DNA of 39,901 nucleotides from contig JAVJSW010000017.1 in the NCBI GenBank assembly GCA_040219255.1, positions 1 to 39,901 of the forward strand, in the 5' to 3' direction. The stretch is from Sumerlaeia bacterium (lineage in GTDB: Bacteria > Sumerlaeota > Sumerlaeia > SLMS01 > JAHLLQ01). Every line of letters starts with the position of its first letter. The stretch's first letter is position 1. The notes under the pieces are model-generated. The model searched no databases and was not told where the DNA came from. It worked only from the letters and a program-made list of their open reading frames with translations. Positions 26,784-36,038 of the stretch are shown one piece after another. The translations under genes were made by a program, and so were the position numbers.

Positions 26784-27920
26784 ATGGATGCCGAGATTCT
26801 CACGGGTCTGTATGTTTCTGAGTTCAAAGCTTTGCGAAGCATAAATACAAGAATCGAACCCTTGACAATAGTGATTGGTGGCAATGGAACTGGAAAGACC
26901 AGTTTGTTACAATCTATTATTCATACAAAGGACTTGCTTGGCTCCGGGACTGAGGCGCAGCAATTAGCAACTAAATCAACAAACCAATACTTCCACATAC
27001 AATGCCCGCACATTGTAATTTCCAAGAACAGTAGGGCGAATTCATCTCCCAGTGATCCGGGCGATGCGTTAATGATAGAGCATTTGGGCGCTCATATAAA
27101 ATACTCTCACATGATGACCCCTGCTGCTCCCGACTGTGACGGTTGGGTCAAAGTAGGCAGCGAAGATGTCATTCTTCGAACATTCGCGGGAGTACTACGA
27201 AATATTGGTTATTTCAGACTAGAAAGTGAAATGCTGACTCGAGCCGATTACTCAGAAGACTTGCGACCTACTATCTCTTCCAATGGAATTGGAATCGCCT
27301 CAACGCTTACCCAACTACAACTGGAGGGCCACGAGAACTATCTACGACTTAACGAAATGGTATCCGAGGTTGTGCCGCAATTCCGGCGAGTCCGCGCCAG
27401 ACGAGCTAAAGTGAATAGGCAGGTTGAGACGCTCGTCGAGATTGCCGGTAAATCTCATGCCTTTCCAGAAGAGAAGGAATATGCTGGCTACGAACTCATC
27501 TTCGACATGGCCAACGTCAAAGACCTCCCCGCCCGCTTCGTCAGCGAAGGCACCCTCCTGGTCCTCGGTCTGCTGACGATCATCCTTGGCCCGAACAAGC
27601 AGCGCATTCTCCTCCTCGACGACATCGATCGGGGCCTGCATCCGGTGGCTCAGGGGAGGTTGATGGAGTTGTTGCGCAAGTTGGTGAACGAAATCCCCGG
27701 CCTGCAAATCATCGCCACCACCCATTCCCCCGAAGTCGTGGCCCACATGAAACCGGAGGAGGTTTTGGTGTTGGCATTGGATGATGAAGGCTATTCGCAT
27801 TGTGCGCGAATGGATGAGCATCCGGAGTTTGAGCGCTGGAAAGACGAAATGAATCCCGGCGAATTCTGGAGCGTTTTTGGGGAGGATTGGGTGACGAAAA
27901 AGGATAAGGCTGATGAGTGA
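26784..27920 (+). CDS. ABC/AAA_21-type ATPase (AbiEii/PtuA/OLD-like)
   Basis: FKALRSI, Walker A GGNGTGKT, signature VSEGTL, Walker B LLLDDIDRGLHP, H-loop TTHSP. No TM segments. Confidence 0.88.
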   Translation: MDAEILTGLYVSEFKALRSINTRIEPLTIVIGGNGTGKTSLLQSIIHTKDLLGSGTEAQQLATKSTNQYFHIQCPHIVISKNSRANSSPSDPGDALMIEHLGAHIKYSHMMTPAAPDCDGWVKVGSEDVILRTFAGVLRNIGYFRLESEMLTRADYSEDLRPTISSNGIGIASTLTQLQLEGHENYLRLNEMVSEVVPQFRRVRARRAKVNRQVETLVEIAGKSHAFPEEKEYAGYELIFDMANVKDLPARFVSEGTLLVLGLLTIILGPNKQRILLLDDIDRGLHPVAQGRLMELLRKLVNEIPGLQIIATTHSPEVVAHMKPEEVLVLALDDEGYSHCARMDEHPEFERWKDEMNPGEFWSVFGEDWVTKKDKADE

Positions 27921-28698
27921 AGCAGCCTATACCTTTGCCATCGTATGCGAGGCAGATGCGGACCGGCGGATCGCGTGTGACTTGGCGGATCGGGTTCTAC
28001 TGGAGAGTGAGCGGCTATCATGGATCGATAACCAAGAGATGTTGCATTCAATGAGGGACTGGCTGCGGCATGATGGAGAGCATTTTTATCTGGCATGGAA
28101 AACAGTGAAGGATCGATACGAAGATTCGATCAAGGGCAAGCGCGAGTGGAAAGCGTTTGGGAACTTCTCGGGCAACAAGGGAAAACCAGATGCGCTGACA
28201 GCCCGAAAGGCTCTTATTTACCTAGAACTCTGTATGCCAAGGCCGAAAGCAGTCTTTCTCATACGTGACAGCGATGGATATCCAGAGCGAAAAGAAGGCT
28301 TGGAACAAGCCCGAGACGAGCCGTCAAGGCGTCCTTTCGAGGTGATTATTGGAGTTGCGGAGCCCTGCCGCGAAGCTTGGGTCTTGGCTGGTTTCGTGCC
28401 TGAGGAGCATGAGGCGTCAAAGCTGAGCGACGAGCAGAGGCGCCTCGGTTTCTGTCCGGTAGAACGCAGTCATCTCCTGAAACCTCGCGAGAACAAGCAA
28501 CTCAAGAAGGGCCAAAGTTCCACGTCCGCCAAAGCCGTCCACGCCAACCTCCTCCCCAACCCCGACCGCGAAGCCCAATGCTGGCGCGAAACCCCGCTGC
28601 CGCTGCTGCGCGAACGCGGCCACGGCTGCGGTCTGACCGCGTACCTGGACGAACTGGACACGCGCCTGATTCCCCTGTTCGCCGAGCGCCCCTCGTGA
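27913..28698 (+). CDS. ATPase-partner protein with TOPRIM-like motifs (RloB/DUF4276-like)
   Basis: IVCEADAD, LIRDSD (DxD), IIGVAEPCREAWVLA. Overlaps the ATPase stop. Confidence 0.7.
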   Translation: MSEAAYTFAIVCEADADRRIACDLADRVLLESERLSWIDNQEMLHSMRDWLRHDGEHFYLAWKTVKDRYEDSIKGKREWKAFGNFSGNKGKPDALTARKALIYLELCMPRPKAVFLIRDSDGYPERKEGLEQARDEPSRRPFEVIIGVAEPCREAWVLAGFVPEEHEASKLSDEQRRLGFCPVERSHLLKPRENKQLKKGQSSTSAKAVHANLLPNPDREAQCWRETPLPLLRERGHGCGLTAYLDELDTRLIPLFAERPS

Positions 28699-31004
28699 CA
28701 CCCCGCCTCCGCCCCGCCCTCGAAGCCCTCGCCGTCGCGCTGCTCGTGGCGGCGTTTTACTGGACGCATTTCGATCTGTCGCGGATGCAGAGCGGGGGGG
28801 ATTTCGCGAATCTGTTTTGGCCGATGAAGGAATTTCGGCTGATGGCGCTGCGCGAGGCGGGGGCGTTGCCGCTTTGGAATCCGTACATCTTCATGGGAAC
28901 GCCGGCGGCGGCGACGTTGCAGCACGCGACGTATTATCCGCTGGATTGGCTGGTGTTCTGGCGCAGCCCGGCGGTGGGGGCGCTGACGTTGTATGTGCTG
29001 CTGCACAACGTGCTGGCGGGCGTGGGGGCTTGGTTTCTGGGGCGTTACGGGGTGCGGGTGGGCGCGGCGGGGGCGATGCTGGCGGGGGTCGTGTGGCCGT
29101 GCTCGGCGTGGTTCTGGGGCCATCAGGAGCACATCAACCAGGTCGGCACGGCGGCGTGGCTGCCGTGGATTGTGGGGGTGGCGTGGATGTTTGGGAGGCG
29201 GGGATCGACGATGCGGTGGCGGGCGTTCTTCCTGGCCTATTCGGGGTTGTCGGCGGTGCAGTTGCTCGTCGGGCATCCGCAGTCGGCCTTCTACACTCAT
29301 GCGACAGCGGGGTTGCTGTTGCTGGGGATGGTGGTGTCGGCGGGGCGGGATCGGCGCTGGGCCGAGGCGCGGCGGCTGTTCCCGCCGTTCCTGGCGGCGG
29401 GGGTATTGGCGGGCGTGATGGCGGCGGTGCAGTTGCTGCCGGGGATCGAGTTGAGCAAGCTCTCCTATCGCCAGTTCAGCGGCGACGACCCGGCCTACGC
29501 CCTGAGCTATTCCATGCCGCCGGATTTGCTGAGGACTTACCTCCAGCCCCACGCCTTTGGCGATTACCCCACCGGCTATCAGGACCGCCGCGCCTATGGC
29601 GAGTACGGGCTCTTCGTGGGCCTGCCGGTGTTGGTGCTGGCGCTGGCGGGGGCGGTGCTGGCGTGGCGTGGGCGGCGGCGGACGGTGCTGTTTCTGGGCG
29701 GGTTGATCGCGGTGACGCTGGTGTTCGCGCTGGGGGGCAATTTCAGCCCGCGGCGCCTGGCGACCGCTGACTTCACGGAATTCCCCCAGCCAGCGCTCTC
29801 CGGCGCCGCCGTGATGCGCGATGTCCGCACAGACGCCGACGCCGCCACGGGCAATTGGCTCGATCTCTCGCCCCAGGAAATCCTGATCCGCGTGGTGCCG
29901 ACGGCCGCCAGCTTTCGCGTCCCGGCGCGCACCATCGTGGTGGCGGCGCTGGCGTGGGCGCTGCTGGCGGGGCTGGGGCTGGGGGCGATACTCGGTTGGC
30001 TAGCGCGAAAGGGCGCGCCGCTCTGGGCCGCTGTGGCGCTGTCCGCGGGGGCGATCGCCGCTGCCTGGGCCAGTTTGGCGGTGCCCTCCATGGGCGAGAA
30101 ATTCCGCCACCCCAAGGACGCGGCTCCCCTGATCGCCGAGTTCCACGAGGACCGCGACCTGCGCCCCGGGCGCTCCCTCGACGACCGCCTGTTCCGGCTG
30201 TCGATCACCGATTTGGACCTGCTGGTGGCCGAGCGCGATTTCCCCAGCGAAGCCCCCACCATCGCCGAAACGGATCGCACCAGCCTTTGGCTGCGCTGGC
30301 GGCGGCTCTATGAAAACAACAACGTCGCCATCGCCTACCCCACGGTCGAGGGCTACGAGGAAGGCCTGGCCCCCACGGTGCGGACCAAGGACTTCCTCTT
30401 CGATTTCAACCGCCACATGCGTTCGCCCCAGCCCGACACGCAGTTCCTCGCTCTCTTAGGCGTGGGGCGGTACTGGACGGACCTGTACGTCGATCCGGCG
30501 GTGCTGCCGCCGGTGCCCGGGGAATCACAGCCCTATCGCAACATCCAGCGCGTGCCCTCGGCGCGGGGCGCGGCGTTGTGGCTGGACGCGGCGAAGGGCG
30601 TGGACTTCAGCCGGTTGGAGGGCCCCTTCGCGCGCGGCGACAACCGGCCCCTGGGTCAGCGCGCGACCGAACTGCGCACCTACGGCGAGGCCCGGCGATG
30701 GGGCGAGGACTGGCCCCTCCTGACCACCGACGTGACGAACCCAAACCGCGTCGTGGTGCGGGCGCCGAGCGTCGCGGGCGATGCCGTGGTGGCGATGGCG
30801 GCCTATCCGGGATGGGAAATCGGCGGCGCACCGGTCGAGTGGCTTTCCGCCGTGCATGCCTTCGTACCCGAGGCCGCGTTCGCCGACGGCGAGGCGGTTC
30901 TGGAATTCCGCCCGGCGAGCCACCGCGCGGGGTTGTTCCTGAGCGCGGCGGGGTTGGCGTTCTGGTTCGGGCTGCTGGGCATGGGCGGCAGGCGCCGGGG
31001 ATAG
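28695..31004 (+). CDS. YfhO-like polytopic membrane protein (GT-C fold candidate)
   Basis: GDFANLFWP, PLWNPYIFMGTP, YYPL, GHPQ, QLLP, FRVPAR, YPGW, C-terminal TM. GTG overlaps the upstream TGA. Confidence 0.85.
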   Translation: MTPRLRPALEALAVALLVAAFYWTHFDLSRMQSGGDFANLFWPMKEFRLMALREAGALPLWNPYIFMGTPAAATLQHATYYPLDWLVFWRSPAVGALTLYVLLHNVLAGVGAWFLGRYGVRVGAAGAMLAGVVWPCSAWFWGHQEHINQVGTAAWLPWIVGVAWMFGRRGSTMRWRAFFLAYSGLSAVQLLVGHPQSAFYTHATAGLLLLGMVVSAGRDRRWAEARRLFPPFLAAGVLAGVMAAVQLLPGIELSKLSYRQFSGDDPAYALSYSMPPDLLRTYLQPHAFGDYPTGYQDRRAYGEYGLFVGLPVLVLALAGAVLAWRGRRRTVLFLGGLIAVTLVFALGGNFSPRRLATADFTEFPQPALSGAAVMRDVRTDADAATGNWLDLSPQEILIRVVPTAASFRVPARTIVVAALAWALLAGLGLGAILGWLARKGAPLWAAVALSAGAIAAAWASLAVPSMGEKFRHPKDAAPLIAEFHEDRDLRPGRSLDDRLFRLSITDLDLLVAERDFPSEAPTIAETDRTSLWLRWRRLYENNNVAIAYPTVEGYEEGLAPTVRTKDFLFDFNRHMRSPQPDTQFLALLGVGRYWTDLYVDPAVLPPVPGESQPYRNIQRVPSARGAALWLDAAKGVDFSRLEGPFARGDNRPLGQRATELRTYGEARRWGEDWPLLTTDVTNPNRVVVRAPSVAGDAVVAMAAYPGWEIGGAPVEWLSAVHAFVPEAAFADGEAVLEFRPASHRAGLFLSAAGLAFWFGLLGMGGRRRG

Positions 31005-31025
31005 TTTGGGCGCGGCGGCGTCCCG

Positions 31026-31454
31026 CTAAGCGCCCAACGGTTCCTTGCTGAGGGTGATGCGGCACAGACCCTTGATGGTGGCGCACTTATCGAGGGGCGC
31101 GGTTTTGCAGGCGGCGGCGTCCACGATAAAGAGCCGGAAGGGTCCGCCGTCGGCGGGCGAGAGGGGCTGGCGGTCTTTCTGATAAATCACCACGGCGCGC
31201 TCCAGGGCTTCGTCCAGGGGAAGGCGGGCGCTATGCCCGTCGGCGCCTTCGAGCAACATGGAGCGGGCGCCTTTGCGGTCGTCGTCGGCGATCAGGGCGC
31301 TGAGAACGGCGGCGGTGCAGTGCTCGGGTGCGGCCTTGTCAAGGGCGCGCACGTCGTCCACGCGGGCGAAGGGCGGCAGGCTGCGGAGGAAGTCGTAGCT
31401 GATGGCCATGGGGTCGCCGTTGGCGGCGATGATTTCCAGGTCCTGTTTGCTCAT
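31026..31454 (-). CDS. Molybdopterin-dependent oxidoreductase-like small protein (Oxidored_molyb fold)
   Basis: GADGHSARLPL, PLSPADGGPFRLFI, IKGLCRI. 142 aa from ATG 31454. Confidence 0.65.
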   Translation of the reverse strand: MSKQDLEIIAANGDPMAISYDFLRSLPPFARVDDVRALDKAAPEHCTAAVLSALIADDDRKGARSMLLEGADGHSARLPLDEALERAVVIYQKDRQPLSPADGGPFRLFIVDAAACKTAPLDKCATIKGLCRITLSKEPLGA

Positions 31455-31519
31455 GCTGGGGCGGGGCTCTCTGTGGCGGGAATGTGCGGCTTGGTGGTCG
31501 GCGAAGGGGGCGGGCGCGG

Positions 31520-32464
31520 TCAAGGCGAGTCGGCGCCGCGGGCTGGCTGATCCTTGGCGCGGCCGTTGGCGGTGGTGGTGATGGCGACGCCGAGGAGGAT
31601 GGCGGCGCTGCCGGCGATGCGCCAGGGGCCGAAGTCCTCGCCGCGCACCAGCCAGCCGAGCAGTACGGCGATGAGCGGCGCGCCATAGCCGTAGATGCTG
31701 GCGCGGGCGGGGGGCAGCTTGCCCATCATGTACACGAAGAGGCCGTAGCCTCCCCAGGTCAGCACCGTCACCATCCAGGCGATGCCGGCGGCGCCCTGCC
31801 AGGTCCACTCGATGCGGGGCCACTCGCCCAGCAGAAACGAGAGTGGGACCATGGCGATGCCGGCGATGATGCACTGGATCGCCGAGCCCATGAAGGGCGA
31901 GACCTGGAAGGTCCAGGCGTTGATCATGAAGGCGCCGGACGCCCAGATCAGCGCCACCAGGAACAGCAGGCCGGTGCCGATCCAGAAGCGGTCGCCGTGT
32001 GCGGTGCCGTTATCCGTCCACAAACCGGACAGATCCGGCCAGAAGAGGAGAAGCATTCCGGCCAGCCCGATTCCCAGGCCAGCCCACGCCCAGGGAGGAA
32101 CGGTGCGGCCGGCGATGGCGGCCATGGCGACGAGGAAAAAGGGCAGCGTGGCGGTGATGATGGCGGCGAGGGCGCTGGGGACATATTGCAGGCACCAGAT
32201 GAAGAGGAACTGGGCGACGATGAGGTTGGCGGCGGAGACGAGAAACTGGCGCCCCCAGGCCCCGGCGCCGGAGGGAAGGGCGTGACCCCTCCAGCGAAGA
32301 AAGGCCGCCAGCAGCGCCCCGGCGATCAGGAAGCGCAGGGCCTGGGCGGTGGCGGGCGGGACCCGCTCGACCGTTTCCGCCATGGCGAGGGGCCCGGTGC
32401 CCCAGCAGAGGCAAACCCCGGCGAGGGCGAGGTCGGCCTTTGCGAAGCGGGGCGGCGGGGGCAT
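31520..32464 (-). CDS. EamA/DMT family transporter
   Basis: WGT, LRFLIAG, PSALAAII, about 10 TM segments, PLIAVLLGWLVRGE. Confidence 0.92.
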   Translation of the reverse strand: MPPPPRFAKADLALAGVCLCWGTGPLAMAETVERVPPATAQALRFLIAGALLAAFLRWRGHALPSGAGAWGRQFLVSAANLIVAQFLFIWCLQYVPSALAAIITATLPFFLVAMAAIAGRTVPPWAWAGLGIGLAGMLLLFWPDLSGLWTDNGTAHGDRFWIGTGLLFLVALIWASGAFMINAWTFQVSPFMGSAIQCIIAGIAMVPLSFLLGEWPRIEWTWQGAAGIAWMVTVLTWGGYGLFVYMMGKLPPARASIYGYGAPLIAVLLGWLVRGEDFGPWRIAGSAAILLGVAITTTANGRAKDQPARGADSP

Positions 32465-32758
32465 GCGGGATCGATCCTGGAGAACTGGGGGCGGTGTCCG
32501 CGCCGGAAGGCGGCGGGGGTAGAGGGGCGAGAGCGAGAACCGGACCGGGCTCGGGGGGGCGGAAAATGGCTTTGCCTCCGGGGCGGGGGCATCTGAAAAG
32601 GAGGCGTGGTCATGCCCCCTTATCAGTTGCGCTCGCGCGATGAGGGTGGTTTTTTCGCCTTGGCATCCTAGCGCCGAAGTTCTAGCCCCAAATGGTTAGC
32701 GTCCGGCCGATGGACAGCCCCGACACCCCTTGCCGGTCGCGTGAGACAGAGGAGCCCC

Positions 32759-34219
32759 ATGCCCGAGATCATCGTCAAACTGGGCGATCAGGTCGTACAG
32801 CGCTACAAAATGGACAAGGACGTCCTGTCCATCGGACGCGCCCGCGATAACGATATCGTGGTCGAGAACCTTTCCGTGTCGCGCAACCACGCGCGCATCC
32901 GCCATGAGGGCGGCCGCTTCGTCTTGACCGACTTGAACTCCGCCAACGGCTCCTTCGTCAATGGGGTCAAGATCAGCAAGGCGGAGCTGAAAGACGACGA
33001 CATCATTTCGATCGGCAAACACAAGCTGCACTTCATCAGCCCGGAAATGATGTCGGAGAAGGCCTCGGCGCCGCAGAAGGGCCCCGCTCCGCAGGCGCCC
33101 CCCCGCGCCGACGGCGACATCCCGGCGCTGCTGGTGGTTCTGCGGGGCAAGCAGGCGGACCGGCGCTTTCCCCTCTCGCGCGGCTCGATCGCCATCGGGC
33201 GCGCCAACGACAACGACATCCGGCTGCACGACTGGTTCGTTTCGAAAAAGCATGCCGTCGTGAGCTTCGAGAACGAGGAGTTCATTTTACGCGATCTCGG
33301 CTCCTGGCGCGGCACCATGGTCAACGGCCAGCCGGTCAAGGAATCGAAGCTCCATCAGAGCGACAAGATCATGTTCGGCAACACGGTGCTGGAGTTCCGC
33401 TTCGCCACGCCGGAGGAGCTGGAAAAACTGGCGGCCATGCCGCCGGAGCAGATTCCCGACAACGCCAGCGAACTCGACGAGTTGGTCACCGGGCTGGCTC
33501 CGAGTCATGGCGCCGGTGCGGACGACTCCTCCATCTCCTCGATTCAGGCCTTCCGGGACGGCGATTCGCAACGCGCCACCCGCGACGTGGTCGAAGAAGA
33601 CCGCATGCCGAGCGCCATGGACTTGGGCGATGACATTTTCTCCTCCGAGGGCGGCGATGACGAATTCGAGCCGATGAGCGAAGAGGAACTGGAGGCTTTG
33701 GAATCGGAGGCGGACCAGGACTGGGGCGCGCCGATGGACTCGGAAGCGGCCGAGTGGGAGCAGATTCAGGCCGAGAAGATGCTTCAGGAAGGCGCGGGCT
33801 GGACCGCCCGGGGGGAGAAAGCTCCCCTGGTGCAGGACGAAAAGACCCAGCACGCCGACGAGCAGCTTCTCGTGGGGCAAGGGGCCGAGAGCCTGATCGA
33901 GATCGTGGACGAGTCGGCGGGCCAGGAGTTGTCCGAAATCGATCACGAGGAAGAAGACGCACTCTTTGGCGGGGAGGTTTCCGATACGGAGGTCCCAACC
34001 GCCAGCCCCGGGGCCTCCTCGGCTTCGAAGGCGGAACCGGCCTCTGGCGCGGAAAAAGCATTGGCACAAATGGAACTGCCGGAGGGAGTGGACCCCAGCG
34101 AGGTCCGCCCCTATCTCCGGGCCCTTCAAAATAAGAGCCGCGTGATCCGCCGGGAAGCGGCGAGAAAACTGAAAGAGTTGACTGGAATTGACTATGACTG
34201 GGAATCCGACCCCAAGTAG
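32759..34219 (+). CDS. Double-FHA domain protein with long acidic region and C-terminal HEAT-like helix pair
   Basis: IGRARDNDI..VSRNHA..DLNSANG and IGRANDNDI..VSKKHA..DLGSWRG, ~200-aa D/E-rich stretch, VIRREAARKLKELTG; GAGGAG RBS. Confidence 0.9.
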   Translation: MPEIIVKLGDQVVQRYKMDKDVLSIGRARDNDIVVENLSVSRNHARIRHEGGRFVLTDLNSANGSFVNGVKISKAELKDDDIISIGKHKLHFISPEMMSEKASAPQKGPAPQAPPRADGDIPALLVVLRGKQADRRFPLSRGSIAIGRANDNDIRLHDWFVSKKHAVVSFENEEFILRDLGSWRGTMVNGQPVKESKLHQSDKIMFGNTVLEFRFATPEELEKLAAMPPEQIPDNASELDELVTGLAPSHGAGADDSSISSIQAFRDGDSQRATRDVVEEDRMPSAMDLGDDIFSSEGGDDEFEPMSEEELEALESEADQDWGAPMDSEAAEWEQIQAEKMLQEGAGWTARGEKAPLVQDEKTQHADEQLLVGQGAESLIEIVDESAGQELSEIDHEEEDALFGGEVSDTEVPTASPGASSASKAEPASGAEKALAQMELPEGVDPSEVRPYLRALQNKSRVIRREAARKLKELTGIDYDWESDPK

Positions 34220-34973
34220 CCGCGCCCTCGACAAGCCCGCCAAGAAGATCGCCATCTTCTCCGACATCCACGGAAACTACCATGCGATGCAGGCGGTGCT
34301 TGAGAAGATCGACGCGGAGAACTGCGATCTCGTCGTCTGCTGCGGCGACATCGTGGGCTACGGAGCCCGGCCCAACGAGTGCGTCGACGAAATCCGGCGC
34401 CGCGAAATTCCCGTCATCGCGGGCAATCACGATCACGCTTGCCTGATGCTCACCGACATCTCGAACTTCAACGACATCGCCAAGGCGGCGGTGCTTTGGA
34501 CCAAGAAAGTCCTCACCGACGAGAACGTCGCCTTCCTGCGCCAAATGCCCCTCACCATCCGCGATTCGGCCAACGACGTGTTCTTCGTGCATGCCTCGCC
34601 CAAAGATCCGGGCGAGTGGAATTACGTCCTCACCATGGGCGAAGCGCGCATGAACTTCAATTACTACAACGAACGCATCTGCTTCATCGGCCACAGCCAC
34701 CAGCCCTTCATCATTGAGAACGACGGTGGCAATCTGGCGTGCCCGTCCAAGCCGGAAATCGAACTGCGGCCCGACCGCCGTTACCTGGTCAACGTGGGCA
34801 GCGTGGGCCAGCCCCGCGATCACAACCCGGACGCGGCCTACGTGATCCTCGATCTCGAAAAGAACCATCTGAAAATCCATCGCACGCCCTACGATCTCGA
34901 CGGCGCTCAGAAGGCCATCCGGGCCGCGGGCCTGCCGCCGGAATTGGCGGAACGCCTCGCCCACGGCATGTAG
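34194..34973 (+). CDS. Metallophosphoesterase family protein (PPP/YfcE-like phosphatase)
   Basis: SDIHGN, GDIVGYG, GNHD, VHASP, GHSH, NVGSVGQPRD. Overlaps the FHA gene end. Confidence 0.92.
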   Translation: MTGNPTPSSRALDKPAKKIAIFSDIHGNYHAMQAVLEKIDAENCDLVVCCGDIVGYGARPNECVDEIRRREIPVIAGNHDHACLMLTDISNFNDIAKAAVLWTKKVLTDENVAFLRQMPLTIRDSANDVFFVHASPKDPGEWNYVLTMGEARMNFNYYNERICFIGHSHQPFIIENDGGNLACPSKPEIELRPDRRYLVNVGSVGQPRDHNPDAAYVILDLEKNHLKIHRTPYDLDGAQKAIRAAGLPPELAERLAHGM

Positions 34974-35045
34974 GCCGATAACGGGCTCCGATCGTTCGGT
35001 GACTCTCCCCGGTCGAAGAAGCGATCGATCGGCCAAGGCCCGCCG

Positions 35046-35846
35046 CTATCCCTCGCCCCGATCCTCGCCCCGGGTGCGGGGGCCGCTGTCACGGCGCTGG
35101 CGGATGCGCGGATAGATCCATCGGAGGCGGCGCTGCTCGTCCGCACGGCCCGAATCCATACACAGCAGATTGTCGATTTCCCAGACTTCCGCCTCGTCGG
35201 AACAACGCCGCATGTCCACCACGTCGCCCTCGATCAGGGGGATTTGCAGCGGATTGTTATCCGCCGCCAGGATCGCCGGTCCCCGCGCGATGCGCACGCG
35301 GATGGTCGATTCCTCGTCCAGGACGAGGTGATTCACCGGCTGGTTCGAGTTGTTGAACGCCAGCCCGATCCCGACGTGGATGACCGAGTTGGTGATGGTC
35401 TTATAATAGGCCGACGACCCGAAGGGCGTGGCGGCCACGAGCCCATCGCCGACGATTTCGCCGAAGTACTCGACCCCTTCGATTTCCACCCGATAGCGCA
35501 CGCCGCTGGTCACGTTGCCGTTACGCACGATCAGATCGTTGAGGGCGTAGAGCCGGTGATGGCGTGTGGAGGCCATCAGCTTCGGCAGATAGGTGACGGT
35601 GACCCGGCCCTGGCGGACGCTCTCGAGCAAATTGCGCAGCCGTCCGTCATCGTCCCGCTCGTCTTCCTTGCGCTTGCGGATGGGGACTTTGGGAAAGCCG
35701 GGGTGGTCGCGCTCGGCCCCCAGCAGCGTCCCATCCCCCCCATAGCACAGCACCACATCGAAACCGGACTCGACGATTTCGAGTCCCACGGCTCGAACGT
35801 GGGAGACAATGCGAGGCGATTCACGGCCGAGGAGAAGGACTTTCAT
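35046..35846 (-). CDS. nadK: NAD(+) kinase
   Basis: GGDGTLL, ALND, GDGLVAATPFGSSAY motifs. Confidence 0.85.
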   Translation of the reverse strand: MKVLLLGRESPRIVSHVRAVGLEIVESGFDVVLCYGGDGTLLGAERDHPGFPKVPIRKRKEDERDDDGRLRNLLESVRQGRVTVTYLPKLMASTRHHRLYALNDLIVRNGNVTSGVRYRVEIEGVEYFGEIVGDGLVAATPFGSSAYYKTITNSVIHVGIGLAFNNSNQPVNHLVLDEESTIRVRIARGPAILAADNNPLQIPLIEGDVVDMRRCSDEAEVWEIDNLLCMDSGRADEQRRLRWIYPRIRQRRDSGPRTRGEDRGEG

Positions 35847-36038
35847 GGGCGGGGCGGGGGGGGGCGTGGCCTTCTTCGTGCGCCTGTGATCCAGGTCGCT
35901 GGGTATGCTACTGGAAAGGTGCTCGCTGGATTGGGCCAGTGTCAAGGCGTGGCCAAAGGAAGTCAGGCGAGGGCCGATTTAATTGATCCCGTGCTCGCTG
36001 CGAATAGTGGGCCTGGCAAAGCTCTTCTGGGGCGGGTG

